Source: an uncultured Candidatus Saccharibacteria bacterium (GTDB taxonomy: Bacteria > Patescibacteriota > Minisyncoccia > UBA6257 > WO2-44-18). Taken from it: a stretch of DNA of 64,000 bases. The position numbers were made by a program, and so were the translations under genes. The stretch lies in the NCBI GenBank assembly GCA_964503795.1, contig CAZDBT010000002.1, forward strand, positions 17,989 to 81,988, given 5' to 3'. The notes under the pieces are model-generated. The model saw nothing but the letters and a program-made list of their open reading frames with translations, searched no databases and was not told the DNA's origin. Numbering within the stretch: position 1 is the stretch's first letter; each line of letters starts with the position of its first letter. Of this stretch, positions 47,101-56,396 are shown in pieces.

Positions 47101-49208
47101 TAACTCGTCATATACTTCATGATCACTTCCTTGGCGATCAACAGCTTCTGAACTTCGCTGGTGCCCTCAAAGATCCGGTTGACCCGGAAATCGCGGAGGA
47201 TCCTTTCCATCCCGTAATCTCCGATGTATCCCGATCCGCCGAGCACCTGCAGCGCTTTGTCGATCGCTGTGAAGCCCCATTCGGCGCAGATAAACTTCAC
47301 TGCCGCCGCCTGCTTCCGGACACCAAGGGGATCCTTTTCGTACTGCCCCAGCGTCTTTTCGTAGAGAGCTTCCATCGCCAGTTTGGTTGCCTCGATCTCG
47401 CCGATAGCGGCCTGCGTCAGCTGTTTCATGAACAAAGGTTCGCCACCGATCATACGAGTTTTAGCGAACTCCATCATGATCTCCTGCGCTCGTTCCACCG
47501 CGCCGACACATCCGGCCCCAAGGCTGATGCGCGACTGGTTGAAGACGTTCATCGCGATCTTGAATCCATGGCCAACATCGCCGATCAAGTGGTCGTCAGG
47601 TACAAATACGTCATCGAGCGCGAAGGCGCTGGTGCAAGAGGCGTGCAGGCCCATCTTCTCTTCGGTTTCTTTGGTGAGTTTGTATCCGGCCGACTTGGTC
47701 GGAACGATGAACATCGCCTGGGTCTTGTTGCCGCCCTCCTTATCGGTCTGAGCGAGAGTAACGATAGCATCGGCGATCGCTCCATTAGAGATGAACTGCT
47801 TGGCGCCGTCGATCTGCCAACCGCCATCAACCTTCTTGGCGAAAGTAGTGATGCCGGCAACGTCCGAGCCGACGTTCGGTTCGGTGGTAGCATAGGCGCC
47901 GATGATCTCTCCGGCAATGCCGCGAGGCAGCCAGGCTTTTTTCTGCTCCTCGCTTCCGAAGAGATAGATAGTTTTCAAGAAGAGGCTGGTGTGCGCTCCC
48001 AGCATCACAGCCGTCGAGCCGTGATACTTGGAAATTTCTCGCATCATCACCGCAAAACCGCGAAGACCAAGACCGGAACCGCCGTACTTTTCATCGAACG
48101 GCACTCCGTAAAATCCAAGCTCCGCCATCTCTTTTATGAGTTCCGGCAGAACGCGTTTCTCATGTTCCATTTTTTCGACGTTGGGCTTGATCCTTTTTTC
48201 GCAGAAGTCGTGAACCATTTCCTTCAGCATCTCCAGCTCTTCCGACTTGTCCGAATCCTTGGCGGATTCGGTGACCGGAGCGGTAATGATGACGGAAGGG
48301 GATTCGGCCTTCACAGGGGGAGGCTTTGGCGGGTCTTTGAGTAACCCAAATTTTCGAAGAAATGACTCCACGCCCAGCCTAGCTTCATCCTCCATGATCA
48401 AAGCCGCGAATTCTTTTTTCTCCAGCTCCAAAGCGGGAAGAAGCGGATGCAGGACTCCGTGAGAAACAGAGGCGAGAAGAGCCTCGCAAGCGCGGGGGAA
48501 CTTCTTCGCCTGCGTTTCCATTGCCCTTCGGAACTGTTCATCTTCGTCCAACTTTTCCAGCTCTTCCGGGAAATCTCGCATCATGACCGGCTTTGGATCT
48601 TTCCACAGACATTTCGTCAGCCATTCCTCCGGTTTGTTGACCAGATCGTCAACCAAACCGATCTCTTTGGCTTCCTTGGCAGAAACGGACGAACCCGTCA
48701 CCATCATCAGCATCGCCTTTTTCAGCGACACCAGACGCGGCAGACGCTGCGTTCCGCCCATCCCGGGAATGATACCGAGCGTGATCTCCGGCTGACCGAT
48801 CATCGCGTCTTTCGTGGCGATACGCCAGGTACAAGCCAAGGCCAGCTCACTGCCGCCGCCCAGACAAAGCCCGCGAATGAAGGCCACCGTCGGCTTGCCA
48901 AGATCAGCGATGAGATTGAGCATTCCGTGCGCCTCATTGAGAAGCGCCATGGCTTTTACCTCATCCTTGTCCAACATCATTTTATGAATTTCCGGAACGT
49001 GAGCTCCGGACGAGAAAAACATAATGTTGGCGCTCTTGATCACAACCACCTTCAGGCTGTCATCTTTCCTGGCTTCCATCAGTTGATCGCGCAATTGCAA
49101 CATCAAAGGCGTCGTCAATTCGTTCCGCTGCGGGTTATTGATCACGATCGTTCCGATTTCGCCATTCTTCTCCAACGAAACTAACTGCTTTTCGGCGACT
49201 TGAGACAT
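47100..49208 (-). CDS. Fused enoyl-CoA hydratase (crotonase) and acyl-CoA dehydrogenase
   Basis: N-terminal crotonase fold (FSSGAHV, GGGSELALAC, PEITLGIIPGMGGTQRLPRLV), a ~150 aa linker, and a C-terminal ACAD (YATTEPNVGSDVAG, catalytic E near C-terminus). Start set at Met65 (MSQVAEK), which has SD AAGGAGA 5 nt upstream. The longer 49400 start lacks support. Confidence 0.75.
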   Translation of the reverse strand: MSQVAEKQLVSLEKNGEIGTIVINNPQRNELTTPLMLQLRDQLMEARKDDSLKVVVIKSANIMFFSSGAHVPEIHKMMLDKDEVKAMALLNEAHGMLNLIADLGKPTVAFIRGLCLGGGSELALACTWRIATKDAMIGQPEITLGIIPGMGGTQRLPRLVSLKKAMLMMVTGSSVSAKEAKEIGLVDDLVNKPEEWLTKCLWKDPKPVMMRDFPEELEKLDEDEQFRRAMETQAKKFPRACEALLASVSHGVLHPLLPALELEKKEFAALIMEDEARLGVESFLRKFGLLKDPPKPPPVKAESPSVIITAPVTESAKDSDKSEELEMLKEMVHDFCEKRIKPNVEKMEHEKRVLPELIKEMAELGFYGVPFDEKYGGSGLGLRGFAVMMREISKYHGSTAVMLGAHTSLFLKTIYLFGSEEQKKAWLPRGIAGEIIGAYATTEPNVGSDVAGITTFAKKVDGGWQIDGAKQFISNGAIADAIVTLAQTDKEGGNKTQAMFIVPTKSAGYKLTKETEEKMGLHASCTSAFALDDVFVPDDHLIGDVGHGFKIAMNVFNQSRISLGAGCVGAVERAQEIMMEFAKTRMIGGEPLFMKQLTQAAIGEIEATKLAMEALYEKTLGQYEKDPLGVRKQAAAVKFICAEWGFTAIDKALQVLGGSGYIGDYGMERILRDFRVNRIFEGTSEVQKLLIAKEVIMKYMTS

Positions 49209-49234
49209 AACATTCTCCTTGTTAATTTGCCGAA

Positions 49235-49272
49235 CGTATTTTACAACAAAAAACCCCGCTTTGTAAAGCGGG
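49235..49272 (-). terminator. Rho-independent terminator between the HADH and ECH-ACAD genes
   Basis: Minus strand reads ccccgctttacaaagcgggg followed by ttttttgttg. Confidence 0.65.
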
Positions 49273-49281
49273 GATGGGGTA

Positions 49282-50382
49282 TTATTTTTCACTGACTTTC
49301 GGCGAGAGATAGATCTCTTCCTTCTTCGCCCAACCGAGCGGTCCGCCGTAACTTTGCGGATAGCCGATCCCGAAAGCGCAGCCGATCTCAATGTCTTCAT
49401 CCGAAGCCACGTTTTCTTTCTGGCAACGCAGGGCCTCGAGCGCCATTTCGTCCATCATCCGATGGACGGCATCTTGAGCGTTGCCGCCGGAACGATTGGG
49501 AAATTCTTTTTTGACCATTTCCATCACTGCCGGACGGTCCCGTCCGTCGTGAACATAGAACCCAGCGCCGGTTTTTCTGCCGGTCCGTCCGGCATCTACC
49601 AACATCCGGAGCAACGGAGAGGGCTTCATCCGTTCGCCGTAACCGCGGTAGAGAACATCGGCAACTTCCGCGCCGACATCCAAGCCCACCATATCCATCA
49701 GCAAGAACGGACCCATTGGCCAGCCGAGTTCTACGGCCGCGGTATCGAGTTCTTCCGGCTCGAGCGCTTTTTCGCAAAGCAGCTTGGCTGCCGAGTTCAG
49801 ATAGGGCATCAGCAGGCGGTTGACCAGAAATCCGGGGACGTCCTTCACCTGGATCACGGTCTTGCCGAGATCTTCGGTGAAGTTTTTCAGATCGCGCAGA
49901 GTGGCTTCGCTGGTCGAACCGGTTTTTACCAACTCGACAAGCTTCATCGCCGTCGGCGGATTGAAGAAATGCAGACCAGCGAACTTATCCGATCGATCGG
50001 TAGACTTGGCGAGTTCGGCGATCGAGAGTGAGGAAGTATTGGAAGCAAATAGCGCTTCCGGCTTAACCACCTTGTCGAGTTCCGTCCAGATATTCATCTT
50101 AAGAGAGAGGTTTTCCGGAACCGCTTCGATCACCAGATCGACATCGGCGAGATCGGCATAATTCGACGTAGCGGTAATTAAGCTCTTTTTTCCTTCCGCA
50201 TCCGTTTGATCCATCTTCCCTTTTTCCGCCCAGCGGTCGAATATCGCATGAGCTTTTCCGAGAGCTTTGGCGGCAAGTTCATCGTTCATTTCCTTAATGA
50301 CAACCGGCAAACCGCCGCGGCGAGCCGTCTCCACTGCGATTCCGTGACCCATTGCGCCGCCACCGATCACTGCAATCTTCAT
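49282..50382 (-). CDS. 3-hydroxyacyl-CoA dehydrogenase (NAD-binding, FadB C-terminal-type/Hbd)
   Basis: Rossmann motif KIAVIGGGAMGHGIA and HFFNPP signature. Start at MKIAVIG (50382). A 9-codon upstream extension is possible. Confidence 0.8.
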   Translation of the reverse strand: MKIAVIGGGAMGHGIAVETARRGGLPVVIKEMNDELAAKALGKAHAIFDRWAEKGKMDQTDAEGKKSLITATSNYADLADVDLVIEAVPENLSLKMNIWTELDKVVKPEALFASNTSSLSIAELAKSTDRSDKFAGLHFFNPPTAMKLVELVKTGSTSEATLRDLKNFTEDLGKTVIQVKDVPGFLVNRLLMPYLNSAAKLLCEKALEPEELDTAAVELGWPMGPFLLMDMVGLDVGAEVADVLYRGYGERMKPSPLLRMLVDAGRTGRKTGAGFYVHDGRDRPAVMEMVKKEFPNRSGGNAQDAVHRMMDEMALEALRCQKENVASDEDIEIGCAFGIGYPQSYGGPLGWAKKEEIYLSPKVSEK

Positions 50383-50480
50383 TATACTCACGGAGTTTTC
50401 CTTTCTCATTGATTAAGAACCGAGGTTATTTTGCCAAAATTTATCAAGAAAAGCAAATAAAAAGCCCCGTATTCGGGGGC

Positions 50481-51590
50481 TTATTTCGGCCTTCTGGCCA
50501 GTCCGTAATTGCTGTATTTCGGATCGCCGGTGACTTCCTCAACCTTGCCGAGCCAGTCCGGGATCTCAACCTTATCGTTTTCTTCCGTCAGTTCGATCTC
50601 CAACCGGACCATTCCGCGAAGCCGGCCGGGCTCCAGAAAGATATCCAGCTCAAAATACTGATTTTTCCACAGAAAGCAGATGCGGTTTTTTCGGACAATG
50701 TCGTGATCGGGGCTGGCGAAGCGAAGTTTACTGGCATATTCCATCGGGGAGATCTGCCATTCGTTTTCTGGCCGGGAAGCGGGAGAGATGGCGGGCAGTT
50801 TCTGGGTTTCGTAGTACACGGCATTGCAATCTTCCTGACTGCGCCGGCGTACCCGACTTTCCGTACTACCCTGTTTTTCCAGGTAGGCCTGTTCAATGTG
50901 GATCTTCTTGAACGGCACCGGGATCTTCCGGAGCTGAACACCGCCGCGCACCAGGAACCAGCGTTCGGTTTCCAGAGCTACCGGATCGCCCAGCAGTCTG
51001 CGGACTTCGTTGAGAAGCCGGTGCATTTTTTGTTCGAACAGAGTGGAGTTATCTATTACCCGCAGATGCGGATGGCCGAGCCAGGCATTTTGCGTGCGCA
51101 GATCGGCCGCCACCGCTTCTTCGGCAGTTTCCAACCGCGAAGGGTTGTTGTCTTTCGTGTAGAACTCGGGCTTGCCGTTGGCCACCGTCATCAGATGGAA
51201 AACTCCATCATAGCGGCGGTCGCGCGCGTCTACTTCGGTCATTCCGTTTCTCGCGAGAAGTTCTTCATAGACTTCCTGCGTGGTGTAGGCCTTCGCATCA
51301 AGCAAGCCACGGTCGCAAACCATCAGGACCTTCTTGCCACCCTTGATCTCCATCGCTCGGCCGAAGGTAACATCTTCAAATCCCAACTGGGTCTTGAAAA
51401 TAAGATCCTGGAATTCAAGATACTGTTCAGGGGTCAGATTTGCCGGATGCAGACCGCACCCGATGATCAAAGTGGCGACTTCCGGAACGAAGATGGGCGT
51501 CCAGCCATAGTTGAGTAGTTTTTCCAGCAGGAAATTCTTTCCGGTGGTTTTCCCGCCACACGGTCCGCCGGTCAAAACGATCCGTTTCAT
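50481..51590 (-). CDS. P-loop nucleoside/nucleotide kinase-like domain fused to a CYTH (triphosphate tunnel metalloenzyme) domain
   Basis: N-terminal Walker A (IVLTGGPCGGKTT, uridine-kinase/AAA_28-like). C-terminal CYTH hallmarks are an ExExK-like start (ETERWFLV) and RLEIELTEE. The same domain order as plant TTM1/TTM2. Confidence 0.55.
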   Translation of the reverse strand: MKRIVLTGGPCGGKTTGKNFLLEKLLNYGWTPIFVPEVATLIIGCGLHPANLTPEQYLEFQDLIFKTQLGFEDVTFGRAMEIKGGKKVLMVCDRGLLDAKAYTTQEVYEELLARNGMTEVDARDRRYDGVFHLMTVANGKPEFYTKDNNPSRLETAEEAVAADLRTQNAWLGHPHLRVIDNSTLFEQKMHRLLNEVRRLLGDPVALETERWFLVRGGVQLRKIPVPFKKIHIEQAYLEKQGSTESRVRRRSQEDCNAVYYETQKLPAISPASRPENEWQISPMEYASKLRFASPDHDIVRKNRICFLWKNQYFELDIFLEPGRLRGMVRLEIELTEENDKVEIPDWLGKVEEVTGDPKYSNYGLARRPK

Positions 51591-51642
51591 CCACCTTCTC
51601 CTTTTACTATTTCAACGAACTCGGTTATTATATAAAAACTTT

Positions 51643-52662
51643 ATGAAATTATCTATAGGAATCGTGGGACTGCCGAACGTGGGGAAGTCCACTCTTTTTA
51701 AGATACTGACGAAAAACGACGTGAATATCGCTAATTATCCTTTTTGCACCATTGATCCGAATGTCGGTATTGTTACTGTGCCGGACGAACGCCTGGATAA
51801 GCTGACGGCGATGAGCAAATCGGCAAAAACCATTCCCGCGGTGGTGGAATTCTATGATATCGCCGGTCTGGTGAAAGGCGCCAGCGCGGGCGAGGGTTTG
51901 GGAAATAAATTCTTGACTCACATTCGGGAAACCAACGCGGTGCTGATGGTGTTAAGGGTTTTTCAGAGCAGTGAGATCATTCACGTGGAAAATTCCGTGG
52001 ACCCGATCCGCGATATGGAAATTATCAACACCGAACTGGCGTTGAAGGATCTGGAATCCATAGAAAAGATCTACAAGAAAGCCGAGGGCGACACCAAAAC
52101 CGGCGGCCCGGCGCAAAAGCAGGCGATCAAAGATTTTGAAGCGACAAAGAAAGTTAAAGAGGCCTTGGAAGCCGGAAAAAATCTGGCGGCTTCGGAATTT
52201 GCTGAAGCTGTGGGAAATGAAAAGGTGGCCGCGTTGAATTTACTGTCCGCTAAAAAACAGGTTTATTTGCTCAATGGAACGGAGGCGGATGTTGCAGAGG
52301 AATTGAAAAAGAAGATCATCGAAAGGGGAGCGGGTTATGTGGTAGCCGACCTCTCTTCCGTTACCGAAATTCCGGAACTGGTTAAAAAAGCTTATGAGGT
52401 GCTTGGCCTGATGAGTTTTTTCACCACCGGCCCCGATGAATCCCGCGCTTGGACGATCCGGCAGGGGAGTAAGGCTCCGCAAGCCGCCGGCGCAATTCAT
52501 ACCGATTTTGAAAAGAAATTTATCCGCGCCGAAGTGATCAATTGCGCCAAACTTTTAGAGGCGGGCTCTTGGAGCGCGGCTAAACAAAAAGGCTGGCTTC
52601 GCTTGGAAGGAAAAGAGTATGTATTCCAGGATGGGGACGTCACCGAGTTCCGTCATGGCTAG
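51643..52662 (+). CDS. ychF: Ribosome-binding ATPase YchF (Obg-like ATPase)
   Basis: G1 motif IGIVGLPNVGKST, a coiled-coil insert and a C-terminal TGS domain. Start at MKLSIG. The TTG extension from 51511 is unsupported. Confidence 0.9.
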   Translation: MKLSIGIVGLPNVGKSTLFKILTKNDVNIANYPFCTIDPNVGIVTVPDERLDKLTAMSKSAKTIPAVVEFYDIAGLVKGASAGEGLGNKFLTHIRETNAVLMVLRVFQSSEIIHVENSVDPIRDMEIINTELALKDLESIEKIYKKAEGDTKTGGPAQKQAIKDFEATKKVKEALEAGKNLAASEFAEAVGNEKVAALNLLSAKKQVYLLNGTEADVAEELKKKIIERGAGYVVADLSSVTEIPELVKKAYEVLGLMSFFTTGPDESRAWTIRQGSKAPQAAGAIHTDFEKKFIRAEVINCAKLLEAGSWSAAKQKGWLRLEGKEYVFQDGDVTEFRHG

Positions 52663-52679
52663 TCTGTTATAATTCACCA

Positions 52680-53078
52680 ATGGAACAAAACTTTGAACAT
52701 TCGGCGATAGAGCAGGATATTAAGGACCTTTCCAAAGAAATCAAAGAGCACGGCCTATCCGATCAGGGTAGAGCAGCTTTGCAGACTTTATTGAAAGAAA
52801 AGACCGCAGCCCCGATAACTGAAAAACCCGCCGCCGCGCCTGCTATGCCAGCCCCCGCCAAACCCAACCCGGCTAGCCCTTTGCCAGATTATGCGCAATC
52901 CGAACCGGCCGATGTGAAGCTAAAGATAGAGAAATTACTGGATATGGCCTGGCATAAAGGCATCCGTAATGCCGCCAAAGAAGCGGCTTTGGCCGGTCCG
53001 TTAGTCTTGGATGCCTTTCACGACGCTCTTATAGATAAGTTGTACCCAGAACTCCAGAAGCGCGGTTTGCTAAGATAA
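52680..53078 (+). CDS. Hypothetical protein (132 aa)
   Basis: Pro/Ala-rich central linker. Immediately upstream of the VirD4/VirB4-like ATPase. Confidence 0.35.
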   Translation: MEQNFEHSAIEQDIKDLSKEIKEHGLSDQGRAALQTLLKEKTAAPITEKPAAAPAMPAPAKPNPASPLPDYAQSEPADVKLKIEKLLDMAWHKGIRNAAKEAALAGPLVLDAFHDALIDKLYPELQKRGLLR

Positions 53079-53093
53079 GTAGTAGACATATAG

Positions 53094-55451
53094 ATGGACC
53101 AATATATCGCCCTGGCTATTTCTTTTGGCGTTCCTTTACTGCTAGCTTTTTTCGCTTATGCGATTTTTGCGGTTTTCCAAAACAGAAAGAAGCAATTTTT
53201 AAAAACTTTGCGGTTACGGCTCCTATCGATTAGGTTAGCCCAGAAACTTGATGATCAAGGGAAAAAAGATCTGCTCCAGGAGATAAATTTTTCCAGCCAG
53301 CTTTTCAGTTTATTGTCCGGCCTGAAAATTCCTTTTTCGCTGGAGACGGCGGTTCACAATATCGGCGAGGATATAAATTTTTATATTGCCGTTCCGGAGG
53401 AATCTTTGGAATTTGCCGCCAAACAGATCCAGGGCTTGTGGGCCGACGCGCAAGTTACCAAGTCCGACGACTACACTATTTTTAATTCCCAAGGCGCGGT
53501 AAAAGCGGCCTACTTAAAATTGAAGCAGGATTTTTCCATCCCGGTCCGGACTTTTACTGAAGCGAATATCGATACCTTCCTACCGATCCTAAGCAATTTT
53601 TCCAAAGTGGAGCTGGCCGGCGAGGGAATGGCGATCCAGGTGCTGGTGCGACCGGCGCATGATGCGGCCCGGAAAATAATTTCCGATTACATAATGCGCC
53701 TAAAGAAGGGCGAAAAGTTCGGCGACATTCTTCATCCGAAGTTGCTTGGCAAGATCTTGCCCAAACCCCCGGCTAAGCCGGACGAAAGACCGGAGCCGGT
53801 CGTGATAGATGAAGAATTGGTCAAATTACTGAACCAAAAAGTAGCTAAACCGCTTTTTGAGGTGAACGTGCGTTTGATCTCATCCGCGCCGTCGGCTTAC
53901 CGCGCCGAAGAACTGCTCTACGCTCTGACCGGTTCTTTCAATCAATTCGCCGCTCCGCTCCGTAATGAATTCAAAGTTACTGAACCTCGTAACCCCAAAG
54001 ATCTCATCTTTAAATTTGTTTTCCGGGAATTTGATGAAAAAGAAAATATGATCCTGAACGCCGACGAAATGGCCAGTTTGTGGCATCTGCCAACCTCTCT
54101 TACGGAAGTTCCTCGGATCAAGTGGGTGAAGTCCAAAGAAGCCGCCCCGCCGCCATCGGTTCTGCCGGATTCCGGCGTTTTGATAGGAGAGAGCCTGTTT
54201 CGCGGGCAATCCCAGCCGGTATTCATTACCGACGAAGACCGCCGCCGTCACATCTACGTTATCGGTCAGACCGGCACCGGAAAATCCACCGCGTTGTTTA
54301 ATATGGCAGCGGGCGATGTTAGGGCCGGAAAGGGGATAGCGGTGGTGGATCCGCATGGCGACTTGATAGAGCATATGCTGGGTTTGATCCCGGAAGAGCG
54401 TTTGAAGGATGTGGTGGTGTTTGACCCGGGAGATCTGCAACATCCCCTAGGTTTGAATATGTTGGAATATGACGCTAACCGGCCGGAGGAAAAAACTTTC
54501 ATCGTCAACGAAATGCAGAGCATTTTCAATAAACTCTTCAATCCGGAAACAATGGGTCCGATGTTCGAGCAGTATATGCGCAACGCCCTTCTGCTTTTGA
54601 TGGACGATCCCAACGAACACGCCACTATTATGGAAGTGCCGAGAATTTTTACCGATGTGGAATACCGCAAACGTTTGCTGCAAAAAGCCACCAACCCGAC
54701 CGTGATCGATTTCTGGGAAAAAGAAGCCGTGAAGGCCGGCGGCGAGGCGTCGCTGGCGAATATGACACCATACATCACCTCCAAGTTCAATAATTTTATT
54801 TCCAACGATTATGTCCGTCCGATCATCGGCCAGCCGGTTTCTTCTTTAAATTTCCGGAAAATTATGGATGAGGGAAAGATCCTGCTGGTGAACTTGTCCA
54901 AGGGCAAGATCGGGGATATCAACGCCGGACTTTTAGGAATGGTGGTGGTTGGCAAGATCCTGCTGGCGGCGCTGTCGCGCGTGGATACGTTGCAGGAGCA
55001 GCGGAAAGATTTCACTTTGTATATCGATGAGTTCCAAAATTTCACCACCGACTCTATTTCCACGATCCTTTCGGAGGCCCGCAAATACCGGCTGAATCTG
55101 GTGATCGCGCACCAGTTCATCGGCCAGCTGACCGAGAAGATCCGCAACGCGGTCTTCGGCAATGTCGGCTCGCAGATAGTTTTCCGGGTGGGCGCGGAAG
55201 ACGCGGAATTTTTGGTCAAACAATTTGAGCCGGTATTCACGAAAAATGACCTGCTCAACATAGACAACTTCAACGCTTACGCCAAGTTATTGATCAATGG
55301 CCAGACCGCCAAGCCGTTCAATATCCACATCTTCCCTCCGGCGAAAGGCAACTTGAATATGATCGAAAAAGCTAAGAATATGTCCCGCGAAGTCTACGGC
55401 CGCGACCGCCAGATGGTGGAGTTGGATATACTCAAGCGCTTGCGCGGTTAG
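53094..55451 (+). CDS. Membrane-anchored FtsK/HerA-superfamily ATPase of the VirD4(TraG)/VirB4/DUF87 type
   Basis: N-terminal TM helix, Walker A YVIGQTGTGKST and Walker B LYIDEFQNF. A C-terminal region resembles the TraD/TraG TraM-recognition domain. Length 785 aa. The exact subfamily cannot be resolved by eye. Confidence 0.55.
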   Translation: MDQYIALAISFGVPLLLAFFAYAIFAVFQNRKKQFLKTLRLRLLSIRLAQKLDDQGKKDLLQEINFSSQLFSLLSGLKIPFSLETAVHNIGEDINFYIAVPEESLEFAAKQIQGLWADAQVTKSDDYTIFNSQGAVKAAYLKLKQDFSIPVRTFTEANIDTFLPILSNFSKVELAGEGMAIQVLVRPAHDAARKIISDYIMRLKKGEKFGDILHPKLLGKILPKPPAKPDERPEPVVIDEELVKLLNQKVAKPLFEVNVRLISSAPSAYRAEELLYALTGSFNQFAAPLRNEFKVTEPRNPKDLIFKFVFREFDEKENMILNADEMASLWHLPTSLTEVPRIKWVKSKEAAPPPSVLPDSGVLIGESLFRGQSQPVFITDEDRRRHIYVIGQTGTGKSTALFNMAAGDVRAGKGIAVVDPHGDLIEHMLGLIPEERLKDVVVFDPGDLQHPLGLNMLEYDANRPEEKTFIVNEMQSIFNKLFNPETMGPMFEQYMRNALLLLMDDPNEHATIMEVPRIFTDVEYRKRLLQKATNPTVIDFWEKEAVKAGGEASLANMTPYITSKFNNFISNDYVRPIIGQPVSSLNFRKIMDEGKILLVNLSKGKIGDINAGLLGMVVVGKILLAALSRVDTLQEQRKDFTLYIDEFQNFTTDSISTILSEARKYRLNLVIAHQFIGQLTEKIRNAVFGNVGSQIVFRVGAEDAEFLVKQFEPVFTKNDLLNIDNFNAYAKLLINGQTAKPFNIHIFPPAKGNLNMIEKAKNMSREVYGRDRQMVELDILKRLRG

Positions 55452-55480
55452 AAAATAAAAACCCGCGATTTCTCGCGGGG
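55452..55480 (-). terminator. Rho-independent terminator, mainly for the minus-strand gene
   Basis: Hairpin cccgcga-tttc-tcgcggg with a T-run on the minus strand. Confidence 0.6.
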
Positions 55481-55488
55481 AAAGGATA

Positions 55489-56232
55489 CTAGTCGATGCG
55501 GTCAACACCTCCCAGATAATCTTCTTCTGCTGGTGGACGCATCAGGTGGTCGAAGCGATGCGGAAGAAATTGACGCTTGGCTTCTTCTACCATTACCGGA
55601 TCTCCGGGAGGGAAGGGATGGCACACATGAAGCTGAACCGAGGCGCCCTCTTCCTGCGCGTCACGGATGATCGCCTCTACTTCCGCCATCACCCCAGGAC
55701 TTTTCTGTCCGATCATGACGAAGTCAACTTCCTTGGCGAACTTTCGGACAAGCTCCACCGTAACCTCGTCCTGGCTCTTCCTTGGGAATTCTGGAAGGCC
55801 GGAAAGCTTCGAGAACTTGAATGAGGGGTATTGCCTCTCCGACTCGGAGATCGACGACAGATCGGATTCGCCGGCCTTCTCGACTTCCCTGGCGAACTCC
55901 TTGCCGCAAAGATCCTCTGCAAACATCTGGATGAGCCTCTCGCCGATGCTACGGACCGCCATCTTTTTGGCTACGGATCGGTGGGCGACGGGATTGTCAT
56001 CTCCGAGATACAAGTAATCCACCGCGATCTCCCGATCCAGCGCTTCGATGACCCCGTTCCATTCCAGAACGAAGTCTTGAGGCGTCGTGTCGGGCCTGCC
56101 GATGAAGTCCACACGCCTGGCCATCGCGTTGGCGAAGGACATGATGTCTTCCGTGCAGTCCCGCAGGTGATGCTGGATGTCCAGCAACTTGAACGCCAGA
56201 GCCATCGTCGAAACCGTCAGTTTCTTGCGCAT
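55489..56232 (-). CDS. Hypothetical protein (247 aa)
   Basis: Start at MRKKLTV, with SD AAGGAGA 7 nt upstream. GC-rich codon usage. No recognised motif. Confidence 0.45.
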   Translation of the reverse strand: MRKKLTVSTMALAFKLLDIQHHLRDCTEDIMSFANAMARRVDFIGRPDTTPQDFVLEWNGVIEALDREIAVDYLYLGDDNPVAHRSVAKKMAVRSIGERLIQMFAEDLCGKEFAREVEKAGESDLSSISESERQYPSFKFSKLSGLPEFPRKSQDEVTVELVRKFAKEVDFVMIGQKSPGVMAEVEAIIRDAQEEGASVQLHVCHPFPPGDPVMVEEAKRQFLPHRFDHLMRPPAEEDYLGGVDRID

Positions 56233-56279
56233 GGCTTGTCTCCTTAAGAGTTTTAAAATGTTAACGAGCAACGTAAGAG

Positions 56280-56308
56280 AATATACCAAAATAAGGCTAT
56301 CTTGTCAA
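56280..56308 (-). promoter_or_regulatory. Sigma70 promoter TTGACA-17-TATATT for the gene starting at 56232
   Basis: Minus strand reads TTGACAagatagccttattttggTATATT. The -35 lies in the palindrome GTCAATAGCTATTGAC, shared with a divergent TTGACT on the plus strand. Confidence 0.55.
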
Positions 56309-56396
56309 TAGCTATTGACTTTTAAAGCTGTTTATGATAGGCTAATAGCGTTAATTTACCGCTCTTTTTCTGAATCTTTTTTACGGAGGAACAGTC

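Noticed and set aside
47061-49184. Long plus-strand ORFs (427 aa and 245 aa) antisense to the ECH-ACAD gene, and 50352-51518 antisense to the kinase-CYTH gene
   Set aside because: High-GC coding regions generate long stop-free antisense frames. The translated products are low-complexity and Arg/His-rich, whereas the sense-strand proteins have clear domain motifs.
51511-51642. TTG-initiated N-terminal extension of ychF
   Set aside because: The extension is hydrophobic and Leu-run low-complexity. The canonical YchF G1 motif begins immediately after the Met at 51643.
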